In this document: positions 1-6,818 of the stretch, one piece after another | Layout of the letters: each line of letters starts with the position of its first letter | How positions within the stretch are numbered: the first letter of the stretch is position 1 | Source: a virus | Lineage: Duplodnaviria > Caudoviricetes | Length of the DNA: 27,731 nt | IMG/VR virus record: IMGVR_UViG_3300028585_000056 | Span: 1-27,731 of that record | Strand: one strand, 5' to 3' | Program-made: the position numbers and the translations under genes | The notes under the pieces: generated by a model | Database searches by the model: none | Told to the model about the DNA's origin: nothing | Seen by the model: only the letters and a program-made list of their open reading frames with translations

Positions 1-179
1 GGCGTCACGCCCAGGAACTCGGCTGCCAGGTCGAGGTTCTTCCCGCGCGGCTCCGATTCCCCTGCCACCCACTTCTGGACGGCCTGCGGGCTCACGCCGA
101 TATAGCGCGCCATTTCTGACTGGTTGCCGCCGTTCTTATCGGCCAGGAGCTTCTCGATTCTAGTTGCCATAGTTTCCAT
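1..179 (-). CDS. cI: CI-like phage repressor, N-terminal HTH (truncated by window edge)
   Basis: Manual translation: METMATRIEKLLADKNGGNQSEMARYIGVSPQAVQKWVAGESEPRGKNLDLAAEFLGVT.., an XRE-type HTH divergent from cro. Confidence 0.9.
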   Translation of the reverse strand, partial: METMATRIEKLLADKNGGNQSEMARYIGVSPQAVQKWVAGESEPRGKNLDLAAEFLGVT

Positions 180-185
180 TCGACC

Positions 186-191
186 ATCTTA
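186..191 (-). promoter_or_regulatory. PRM-like -10 element (TAAGAT) for a probably leaderless cI mRNA
   Basis: TAAGAT is separated from the cI ATG by 6 nt; no Shine-Dalgarno and no good -35. Confidence 0.55.
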
Positions 192-264
192 CAAGCAACC
201 GTTGTAGATAGCACTGCAAAAATAAGTTGTAATAGCTCGCCTATTGTTGTAACCTAGAGTTGTA
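190..264. promoter_or_regulatory. Three 17-bp operators (consensus TACAAC-N5-GTTGTA)
   Basis: TACAAG-CAACC-GTTGTA (190-206), TGCAAA-AATAA-GTTGTA (215-231), TGTAAC-CTAGA-GTTGTA (248-264), all between cI and cro. Confidence 0.8.
227..255 (+). promoter_or_regulatory. PR-like sigma70 promoter for cro
   Basis: TTGTAA (227-232), 17-nt spacer, TAACCT (250-255); overlaps two operators. Confidence 0.6.
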
Positions 265-287
265 ACCAACGACTAGAACCTAAGACT

Positions 288-503
288 ATGGAAACCGGAA
301 TCGCAAAAGCAATTCGCCTCGCTGGAAGCCAGACCGCTCTCGGCAACCTGCTCAAGCTCACGCCCCAGGCAATCCAGAAATGGGCGGCCCAAGGCGTGGT
401 CCCTGGCGAACGCTGCCGCGAAGTCGAGTCTGTTCTCGAAGGCCAGGTTACCCGGTACGAGCTGAACCCATCCGTGTTCGGCGAACCACCCCACCCGCAG
501 TAA
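288..503 (+). CDS. cro: Cro-like (YdaS/Cro family) regulator
   Basis: 71 aa; AIRLAGSQTALGNLLKLTPQAIQKW..VPGERC..VTRYELNPSVFG is typical of the family; divergent from cI. Confidence 0.9.
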   Translation: METGIAKAIRLAGSQTALGNLLKLTPQAIQKWAAQGVVPGERCREVESVLEGQVTRYELNPSVFGEPPHPQ

Positions 504-557
504 TCCCAACGCAACAGCACCACCCACCTCGTAACCCGCACCACCAAGGAGAACACC

Positions 558-818
558 ATGTTTCACGCAGCCATTGACGACGACACCCGCATCCACCGCG
601 TGGAAGTCCTCGTCAGCACGATGGAAAAGAGCAAAGCCAAGGAAGTGGCCGCGGCTGCCGGTCTCGGGCTTTCGGCCTGGTTCCGCACCCTCGGCAACGA
701 AGCAGTCCGTCGCCATGGTAGCGGCCCAACGCCGAGCAAGGAATCCCGACATTGTCCGGGTCGCGGTCGCCCAGCAGCACGGGCGCGCGGCGTGGCAACG
801 GGTCGGAGGCATCTTTGA
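558..818 (+). CDS. Small regulator in the cII position, possibly ribbon-helix-helix
   Basis: AAGGAG RBS; RVEVLVS (strand) followed by EKSKAKEVAAAAG and LSAWFRTLGNEAV (helices). Confidence 0.6.
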   Translation: MFHAAIDDDTRIHRVEVLVSTMEKSKAKEVAAAAGLGLSAWFRTLGNEAVRRHGSGPTPSKESRHCPGRGRPAARARGVATGRRHL

Positions 819-852
819 TTGTGGCTTCCGGCTTTGTGCCAGGAGACAGGCG

Positions 853-898
853 AAAAAATAGCCCGGTGTGGAGCCGGGCCATGAAAGGAATTAAACGT
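853..898 (-). ncRNA. Putative small antisense RNA (sar/oop-like)
   Basis: Minus-strand TTGTCG (933-928), 17 nt, GATAAT (910-905); terminator hairpin GCCCGG/CCGGGC (861-879) followed by TATTTTTT. Confidence 0.65.
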
Positions 899-1088
899 GA
901 ACGAATTATCACCTGAAAACCACGCAGCGACAAAGGTTATCGCAACAGCGTGCAACTGGGTCGACAGCCGTCGTGCAGTCCAGGCGGCGCCGCAAGACCA
1001 GAAAGCGCGTGAAGCCGGTCGCCTGCGCAAGAGTGGCGACGAACTGGCTCAGGCTGTCGAGAAGTTCCGCAAGGCGGGGCAGCCATGA
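897..1088 (+). CDS. Hypothetical phage protein (63 aa)
   Basis: AAAGGA RBS, GTG start, ATGA overlap with the next gene. Confidence 0.7.
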   Translation: MNELSPENHAATKVIATACNWVDSRRAVQAAPQDQKAREAGRLRKSGDELAQAVEKFRKAGQP

Positions 1089-1288
1089 CGGACCAGATCG
1101 TCTCCCGCTCAATGATGTTCGACCGCGGCGTCGCTGCCTTCCTGCGCGGCGCCGGTCGTGAGGACCACGGCATGAACATCGGCGCGCCCGGCATCGCTGA
1201 CTGGCAAGCCGGGTTCGATGACACCGCCAAGCGGTGGTATGCAGCCATGCAGCCGCAGGCGCAGGCCGTGAAGGTGTCGCCGCCATGA
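1085..1288 (+). CDS. Hypothetical phage protein (67 aa)
   Basis: ATGA overlaps at both ends within the early operon. Confidence 0.7.
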   Translation: MTDQIVSRSMMFDRGVAAFLRGAGREDHGMNIGAPGIADWQAGFDDTAKRWYAAMQPQAQAVKVSPP

Positions 1289-1569
1289 CCACCAACATCC
1301 TCTCCCCCAACTGGACGGGCGAAACTGCCGCGCCCATCAATCCTGACACCATCTGCATCAAGGCCGTCCAGGCGCCAGTGTTCGGCGAATGCGACGGTTG
1401 CCTCTTCATCGGCCAGCGCGCCAGCGTCTGCAAGCGCGCCAACCGCATCGCTGTCGAAGCCGGCGATCCTGACTGCGACCAGGTGCTGGGCGCGCCGCGC
1501 CGCACCGTCATCTACGTGCTCGACAAGACCGATCCGCGCCAGCTGCCGCTGATCGAGAAGGGGCACTGA
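1285..1569 (+). CDS. Hypothetical Cys-containing phage protein (94 aa)
   Basis: Start re-assigned to ATG 1285 (ATGA overlap); CDGC motif plus further Cys. Confidence 0.7.
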   Translation: MTTNILSPNWTGETAAPINPDTICIKAVQAPVFGECDGCLFIGQRASVCKRANRIAVEAGDPDCDQVLGAPRRTVIYVLDKTDPRQLPLIEKGH

Positions 1570-1570
1570 C

Positions 1571-2437
1571 ATGGCCCGCGCACGCAACATCAAGCCGGGC
1601 TTCTTCACCAACGAAGAGCTGGTCGAACTCCCCTTCCATACCCGACTGCTGTTCATTGGCCTGTGGACCCTGGCTGACCGCGAAGGCCGCCTGGAAGACA
1701 AGCCGAAGCGCATCAAGATGAACCTGTTCCCGGCCGACAGCATCGACGTCGACGCGTCGCTGGTCGAGCTGGAAGCATCGGGGTTCCTCAAGCGCTACGA
1801 AGTCGACGGAGCACGATATATCCAGGTGCTCGCATTCAGGAAGCACCAGAATCCCCACAGGGATGAGAAGCCGTCTTCGATACCGGGAATGGATGAGCAC
1901 TGTGCAAGCACTGTGCAAGCACCATGCGAACACAGTGCTAATCGGGCTGATTCTCCGATTCCTGATTCCCTTAACCTGAAACCTGAACCGGTTTCTGCAC
2001 ACAGCGCTTCTACTCAACCGGAGTTGGGCGCGAACGAGCACGAGCCGCGCGCTGAACCCACCCCGGCAACGCAGCTGAGCATCGCTTTCAACGCTGCTGG
2101 TATTCGCACCCAGCCTGCCGATCCTCGACTGATCGCTCTTGCCGACCAGGGCATCACCCCGCAGACCGTCACCGCCGCTTGTGCCGAGGCCCGCGCTGCC
2201 AAGCCGAACGAAAGCATCGGCTTGGGCTACGTGGTCGCCATCCTGCAGCGCTGGGCCGCCGATGCTGCACGCGTCAACGCTGGCGGCGCCGCACAGCCGC
2301 GCGCATCGCCGAGCTACCAGACCGCGAACGACAAAGCCAAAGCCTGGGCCGACAGCCTCACCGGAAAGAACCGAAGCCATGAACCTGACCACCGCATCAT
2401 CGACATCAACGACGCCCCTGCCCGCAAGCTGGGTTGA
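1571..2437 (+). CDS. Phage replication initiator (O analogue)
   Basis: N-terminus MARARNIKPGFFTNEELVEL..RLLFIGLWTLADREGRL is typical of phage initiators; internal iterons; precedes a P-like gene. Confidence 0.85.
   Translation: MARARNIKPGFFTNEELVELPFHTRLLFIGLWTLADREGRLEDKPKRIKMNLFPADSIDVDASLVELEASGFLKRYEVDGARYIQVLAFRKHQNPHRDEKPSSIPGMDEHCASTVQAPCEHSANRADSPIPDSLNLKPEPVSAHSASTQPELGANEHEPRAEPTPATQLSIAFNAAGIRTQPADPRLIALADQGITPQTVTAACAEARAAKPNESIGLGYVVAILQRWAADAARVNAGGAAQPRASPSYQTANDKAKAWADSLTGKNRSHEPDHRIIDINDAPARKLG
1896..1939. repeat. Four tandem 11-bp iterons, probable replication origin
   Basis: AGCACTGTGCA twice, AGCACCATGCG, AACACAGTGCT (inverted copy), followed by a lower-GC tract. Confidence 0.75.
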
Positions 2438-3077
2438 AAAGCTGCTGCACAAGATGCTGCTCAGCTATGGCAAGAAGTTCACCGACCAGTGGGGCGCCAC
2501 CAGTACCGACGAGCTGGTCGAGCACTGGGGCCAGGAGCTGGCCGGCTACCAGCCGATCGAGATCGCGCGCGGCCTGAAATCGCTCGAGACCCGCGACTGG
2601 CCGCCTACCCTGCCCGAGTTCAAGAAGCTGTGCCGCGCCCCTGTCGACGCGATGAAGGCGTACTACGAGGCCGTGGCCGGCACACAGGCGCGCGCCGCCG
2701 GCGAGTACGGCAAGTGGTCGCACCCGGCGATTTACTGGGCCGCCATGCCTCTATCGTTCGACCTGGGCAACCAGACGTACAGCCAGATCAAACCGCGCTG
2801 GGAAGCGGCGCTGAATGCGCAGATGGAAGCCGGCGAATGGGCTGAGATTCCCCAGCCGATGGTCGCGCTGCCAGCGCCGGGCAAGACTCAGCTGACCCGT
2901 GCGGAAGCGGCGCAGCGCCTTCGCCAGCTCGGCGCCGCCACTGTCGTCAAAGACGGCGCCGGCCGCGACGCGAAGCGCTGGGCCAAGTCGATCCTGGAGC
3001 GCCTGGCGCGCGGCGACAAAACGCTAATGCCGATCCAGGTGCAGTTCGCCCAGCAGGCGATGGGCGCCGAATTATGA
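2379..3077 (+). CDS. Lambda P-like replication protein (helicase loader)
   Basis: Start at ATG 2379; WGQELAG..IARGL..WPPTLPEFKKLC..AYYEA..WSHPAIYWAA motifs; follows the initiator. Confidence 0.8.
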   Translation: MNLTTASSTSTTPLPASWVEKLLHKMLLSYGKKFTDQWGATSTDELVEHWGQELAGYQPIEIARGLKSLETRDWPPTLPEFKKLCRAPVDAMKAYYEAVAGTQARAAGEYGKWSHPAIYWAAMPLSFDLGNQTYSQIKPRWEAALNAQMEAGEWAEIPQPMVALPAPGKTQLTRAEAAQRLRQLGAATVVKDGAGRDAKRWAKSILERLARGDKTLMPIQVQFAQQAMGAEL

Positions 3078-3283
3078 CGGCCCAGCACGACCCCTGCGCC
3101 TTCTGCGCGAACTTCACCCTGGGCCGCGCCAACCTGCCCGCCGGCCACGGCTGGTGCACAGCCTGGGAGCAGGCCAAGCCCTGGAACGGCCAGATCGGCG
3201 TGCTGTTCAAGGAAGCGAAGGACCGGGCGCCGAGGGCGCGGTATGTGGCGCAGCAGCAGGCCAAGGAAGCGAGCCCGGCATGA
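3074..3283 (+). CDS. Hypothetical protein with CxxC (69 aa)
   Basis: ATGA overlaps at both ends; CAFC..WC. Confidence 0.7.
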   Translation: MTAQHDPCAFCANFTLGRANLPAGHGWCTAWEQAKPWNGQIGVLFKEAKDRAPRARYVAQQQAKEASPA

Positions 3284-3714
3284 AGCGCTCCGCCCTCGTT
3301 CGCAAGACGCCGATGCGCCGCACCAGCATGACCCCGGCCGCCGGCGCCGGCCTGCTGCGCGTCGCCGCGGTGCAGCGCAAGGCCCGCAAGCCGATGAAGA
3401 AATCGCGTGCCAAGTCGACGCCAGCCCGGCGCGCCGCGCGCGGCCGCGACTGCACGCTGATGATTCCCGGCGTCTGCAACCGCGACCCGGCCACCACCGT
3501 GCTGTGCCACTCCAACCGCCTGGCCGACGGCAAGGGCATGGGCCTGAAAGCGCCGGACAGCGCCGCGTGTTTCGGGTGCTCAGATTGTCACGACGTACTC
3601 GACGGGCGCCGGCCGCTGCCGGGCTGGCTGACGCGCGAGCAGCTGGAAGACACGTTCGACCGCGCCACCGCCATCACTCAGGAACAACTGAAACAGGAAG
3701 GAATCACCGCATGA
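3280..3714 (+). CDS. DUF1364/YbcO-like putative Zn-binding nuclease
   Basis: AARGRDCTLMIPGVCNRDPATTVLCH..GMGLKAPD..FGCSDCHDVLDGR signature; start at ATG 3280. Confidence 0.85.
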   Translation: MKRSALVRKTPMRRTSMTPAAGAGLLRVAAVQRKARKPMKKSRAKSTPARRAARGRDCTLMIPGVCNRDPATTVLCHSNRLADGKGMGLKAPDSAACFGCSDCHDVLDGRRPLPGWLTREQLEDTFDRATAITQEQLKQEGITA

Positions 3715-4142
3715 ACGTCGTGTTCAACATCCCCGGCCAGCCGGTGCCGAAGGGCCGCCCGAAATTCGCGCGGCGCGGCGCGCACGTGTCTACCTACACG
3801 CCCGCCAAGACCGCCAGCTACGAGAACCTCGTCAAGATGGCTGCCACCCAGGCCATGGCCGGCGCCGAGCCGAACGCCGGCCCGGTGGCGCTCACGCTGA
3901 CGCTCAACCTGCAGATCCCGGCCAGCTGGTCGAACAAGCGCCGCGCGCTGGCCGCCGCTGGCTCGATCGCGGCCACGAAGAAGCCCGACGCTGACAACGT
4001 CCTGAAGGGCATCAAGGACGGATGCAACGGCATCGTGTGGCGCGACGATGCCCAGGTGGTGCGCATCCACATCGAGAAGCGGTATTCGGAGACGCCGGGC
4101 GCGCTGGTGAAGGTGATGACGGCTGGTGGGGAGGCTGCATGA
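3711..4142 (+). CDS. rusA: RusA-family Holliday junction resolvase
   Basis: PVPKGRP..YTP..KPDADNVLKGIKDGCNGIVWRDDAQVV motif. Confidence 0.92.
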   Translation: MNVVFNIPGQPVPKGRPKFARRGAHVSTYTPAKTASYENLVKMAATQAMAGAEPNAGPVALTLTLNLQIPASWSNKRRALAAAGSIAATKKPDADNVLKGIKDGCNGIVWRDDAQVVRIHIEKRYSETPGALVKVMTAGGEAA

Positions 4143-4516
4143 AACGCCAACCGAATTCCGTCTCGCGCACGATCGCCGCCCGGCGCGCCGACCAAGTCCG
4201 CGCCGACATACTGGCCGAGCTGGCGAACGGCCCACGCACCACGCGCGCGCTGTACGAGCACCTGAAGCTGGAGCGCGACGAGGTGTACCGCCTGTTGACG
4301 CAGATGCAGGCCGGCGGCGCCGTCCAAAGCCACACCGACCGCCGCAAGGGCGATAACGGCGAGATCATCGGCGCCACGTGGGCGCTGACCGGCCAGCCGC
4401 TGCCGCCGCGCCCACCACGGTTACTCCGGCCGAGGAAGCCGCAGGCACCGCCGCCGCCCTTTGTCATTCCCGCACCAGACCCACTGCTGGCAGCGCTGTT
4501 CGGGAGCCGCCCATGA
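4139..4516 (+). CDS. Putative winged-helix DNA-binding protein
   Basis: ILAELANGPRTTRALYEHLKLERDEVYRLLTQMQAGGAV pattern; ATGA overlaps at both ends. Confidence 0.65.
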   Translation: MKRQPNSVSRTIAARRADQVRADILAELANGPRTTRALYEHLKLERDEVYRLLTQMQAGGAVQSHTDRRKGDNGEIIGATWALTGQPLPPRPPRLLRPRKPQAPPPPFVIPAPDPLLAALFGSRP

Positions 4517-4896
4517 CGGACCAGGAAAAGCGCGACATCGGCCTGCGCCTGGAGAACTGGGGCCGCGTCTACCGCCCGGGCCGCACGATCGGCGTCAGCC
4601 CAACCGGTGCTTACTGCGACCAGCTCGAGCGAGAAGCCAACGGGGAGAAAGCATCCGGCGAGCGCCGCAAGCTGGACGAAACCGACGCCGCCGCGCTGGA
4701 GCGGAACATGCGCCTGCTATCGTACAAGGACCGCACCCTGCTCAAGCTGTGCTACGTCGACCAGGCCCAGCCCCATGAGGTCTGCCGCAAGCTGTCGATT
4801 GCGCACCGGCCGATGACCGTCTTCGTTGACCACTTCCGCCGGGCGCAGGCTACAATCGAAGCTCTGGTGAACACGGATAAAGGGATCGAACGGTGA
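4513..4896 (+). CDS. Q-like late antiterminator
   Basis: RLENWGR N-terminus and C-terminal HTH (LLKLCYV..EVCRKLSI); lies upstream of a pR'/tR'-like unit. Confidence 0.7.
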   Translation: MTDQEKRDIGLRLENWGRVYRPGRTIGVSPTGAYCDQLEREANGEKASGERRKLDETDAAALERNMRLLSYKDRTLLKLCYVDQAQPHEVCRKLSIAHRPMTVFVDHFRRAQATIEALVNTDKGIER

Positions 4897-5321
4897 GCGA
4901 CAGCTTCAAGAAGGGCGAATGGGCCGGCGACCATTGGAGCCCGAGCGACGATGACGACGAGCTGCCGGCGGCGCCGCGCGGGGCAGACCTCTCGCCGGAG
5001 GATCACGAACTGTTGGTGATGGCGGCGCGCGCATTCGGCGCCGATTTCGTCGAGGTCGAGGGCGAAGGATACGGCAACCTGAACTTTCCAGATGGCTCAG
5101 TCATCCCATCCTGGAACCCGCTGCTGTTCAGTGGCGACAGCTTCGATCTGGGCGTGAGGCTGAATCTCTTTGATGAGAACGCAGATTTCACGTACAAGCT
5201 GGCCGAAGAGATCGGGCGCATCGAAGACGGCCAGGACCGAGTGCCGGCAGCGCGCCGCGCATTGGTGCGGACTGCTGCGGAAATCACACGCGCCAGAAAG
5301 TTTCTGAACGATATTTCTTGA
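4893..5321 (+). CDS. Hypothetical phage protein (142 aa)
   Basis: GTGA overlap with the Q-like gene; WNPL..GDSFDLGVRL..ARRALVRTAAEI resembles conserved phage hypotheticals. Confidence 0.7.
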   Translation: MSDSFKKGEWAGDHWSPSDDDDELPAAPRGADLSPEDHELLVMAARAFGADFVEVEGEGYGNLNFPDGSVIPSWNPLLFSGDSFDLGVRLNLFDENADFTYKLAEEIGRIEDGQDRVPAARRALVRTAAEITRARKFLNDIS

Positions 5322-5346
5322 CTGCCGGAAATCTCAGCGGTACATT
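5318..5346 (+). promoter_or_regulatory. Late promoter (pR'-like)
   Basis: TTGACT, 17-nt spacer, TACATT. Confidence 0.85.
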
Positions 5347-5418
5347 CCAAGCTACAACTTAATTCCGTCCAGCAAGCGACGCGTATGTTCCCGCATGGGA
5401 GCTTTCGCACGTCTGGAG

Positions 5419-5450
5419 AAAAGCCCGCGCCGAGAGGTAGCGGGCTTTTT
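5419..5450. terminator. Intrinsic terminator (tR'-like), probably bidirectional
   Basis: AAAAGCCCGC-11 nt-GCGGGCTTTTT; also lies just downstream of the convergent Zn-finger gene. Confidence 0.85.
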
Positions 5451-5464
5451 GCGTTTAAAAGTGA

Positions 5465-5656
5465 CTATTTTTTAAGCATCTTCAATATATCGCTCGTCAC
5501 CTTATCAGCGAATTTCCTACCGATGTCGTCCACCGACTGAGGCTTGCCACATCGACTGCATCTACCGGGGGTATTTGCCCGAGCTGGCCTGTCATGTACA
5601 AGCTGCGAATTGCCGCAGGAGCAGCGGCCAGGGATTGAGTAGAGCTTGGAAGCCAT
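5465..5656 (-). CDS. Small Zn-finger protein (moron)
   Basis: AAAGGA RBS; CSC and CSRC pairs; lower GC; antisense to the late operon. Confidence 0.75.
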   Translation of the reverse strand: MASKLYSIPGRCSCGNSQLVHDRPARANTPGRCSRCGKPQSVDDIGRKFADKVTSDILKMLKK

Positions 5657-5984
5657 GGTGTCCTTTCAGTTTCGTTGTTGAAGTGTTTTCATACTATCGT
5701 TAACTCATGCATAAAAGTTAACATTGTTGTCATAAGGCTACTGAGCAATGCGAAGTATGTTTGACGGTAGTTGCACCACCGAAGCGCAGCGCGTCGGCAC
5801 CGCTGCACCGCCCCACCAGCTGTGGCACGCCACGGGAAACACCCTGCCTCATGGGAGCTTCGCGCCTGACTGGCGTAACCAGTCACCACACGCAATTCGA
5901 TCCAGACATCGTTCTCGGTCGCCTTCCGTGTGGTGGACGCCCGCTCAACCCTTCGTCCGCCGTGCGCGGCATTCGCGGGGCTGT

Positions 5985-6058
5985 CCACCCTCCCCTGTCT
6001 CCTGCTCCCCGCTTACCCATCGGGGAGACTTCGCCCGGCCACGTGCCGGGCTTTTTTA
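5985..6058 (+). ncRNA. Candidate CU-rich (anti-Shine-Dalgarno-like) small RNA ending in a terminator
   Basis: CCCTCCCCTGTCTCCTGCTCCCC, a hairpin, then the terminator at 6033-6057. Confidence 0.4.
6033..6057 (+). terminator. Intrinsic terminator
   Basis: GCCCGGC-CACGT-GCCGGGC followed by TTTTTT. Confidence 0.85.
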
Positions 6059-6063
6059 TTCGG

Positions 6064-6480
6064 TCAGCGAACGACGAAATCGAGTTCGCGGCCCAGCGCG
6101 GCGAACGCGGCCGCCAGGCGGTCCACCTTCGTTGCGTGCTGAAGGTCTACCAGGCGCGTGCCTTCCTGCTTCGATACGCCAATGCGCCGCGCCACCTCGG
6201 ATGGGCCGACGTTCTGCGCGAGCATTTCGTTGAGCAGCAGAACCTTCGCTGACGCGCTCAACGGGAGTTCGATAAGCCGCTCGCCCTCTTGCGCAACGGA
6301 TGGGAGCGGCACTGGTCGCCGATCCTCGAAATAGAAGTCCATCGCCGTAAGCAGCGCGTCCGCGGCCATGTCGAGTGCTTCGGCCTCATCATCGCCCTGG
6401 GTGATCGCCTCCGGGATGTCGCGGAACGTAACGACGAATCCGCCTTCTTCGGCGGTCTCAAAAGTTGCTGGGTATTTCAT
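6064..6480 (-). CDS. hicB: HicB antitoxin
   Basis: YPATF..GGFVVTFRDIPEAITQGDDEAEALDMAADAL plus a C-terminal HTH. Confidence 0.95.
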   Translation of the reverse strand: MKYPATFETAEEGGFVVTFRDIPEAITQGDDEAEALDMAADALLTAMDFYFEDRRPVPLPSVAQEGERLIELPLSASAKVLLLNEMLAQNVGPSEVARRIGVSKQEGTRLVDLQHATKVDRLAAAFAALGRELDFVVR

Positions 6481-6549
6481 ATGCCCTCCATGGCTTCAAT
6501 GCTTCAGGTGCAGCGCAGTGTGTGGGGCAAGCCCCTTTCGGGGCCTGCC

Positions 6550-6726
6550 TCACTTGAGTTTTAGTTTCTTCTTCACTCCCTCAACAAGGGGTTGTTTCAA
6601 CTCCTTGCTGGGGTGCCTCGGTAGCATGCTGTGTTCGCCGTTCAGGTAGACCATCAAGTGTTTCTTACCGTCCTTGAAAGTCGCTCCCTGTCGAGCCAGC
6701 CACCGTACAAACTCACTCTGCTTCAC
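6550..6726 (-). CDS. hicA: HicA mRNA interferase toxin (58 aa)
   Basis: GTG start after AAGGAGG; MKQSEFVRWLARQGATFKDGKKHLMVYLNG..LPRHPSKEL. Confidence 0.95.
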   Translation of the reverse strand: MKQSEFVRWLARQGATFKDGKKHLMVYLNGEHSMLPRHPSKELKQPLVEGVKKKLKLK

Positions 6727-6757
6727 TGCACCTCCTTGTTTTGTTGTCGATGTATGT

Positions 6758-6799
6758 ATAGTACACAAGAATGTAGACACGGTCAACATAAATGTAGAC
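6758..6799 (-). promoter_or_regulatory. hicAB promoter with two palindromic operators
   Basis: TTGACC (6786-6781), 17 nt, TACTAT (6763-6758); imperfect palindromes GTACACA-N4-TGTAGAC (6761-6778) and GTCAACA-N4-TGTAGAC (6782-6799). Confidence 0.85.
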
Positions 6800-6818
6800 C
6801 GCACCGGAATATTTATTT

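Noticed and set aside
5689-5733. 14-aa minus-strand ORF MTTMLTFMHELTIV upstream of the Zn-finger gene
   Set aside because: No RBS; more simply explained as AT-rich promoter sequence.
5890-5905. TTCGATCC resembling a tRNA T-loop
   Set aside because: No T-stem, acceptor stem or anticodon arm could be built around it.
5748-6252. 161-aa and 163-aa plus-strand ORFs in the late leader
   Set aside because: They cross a terminator and overlap hicB, lack an RBS and have implausible composition.
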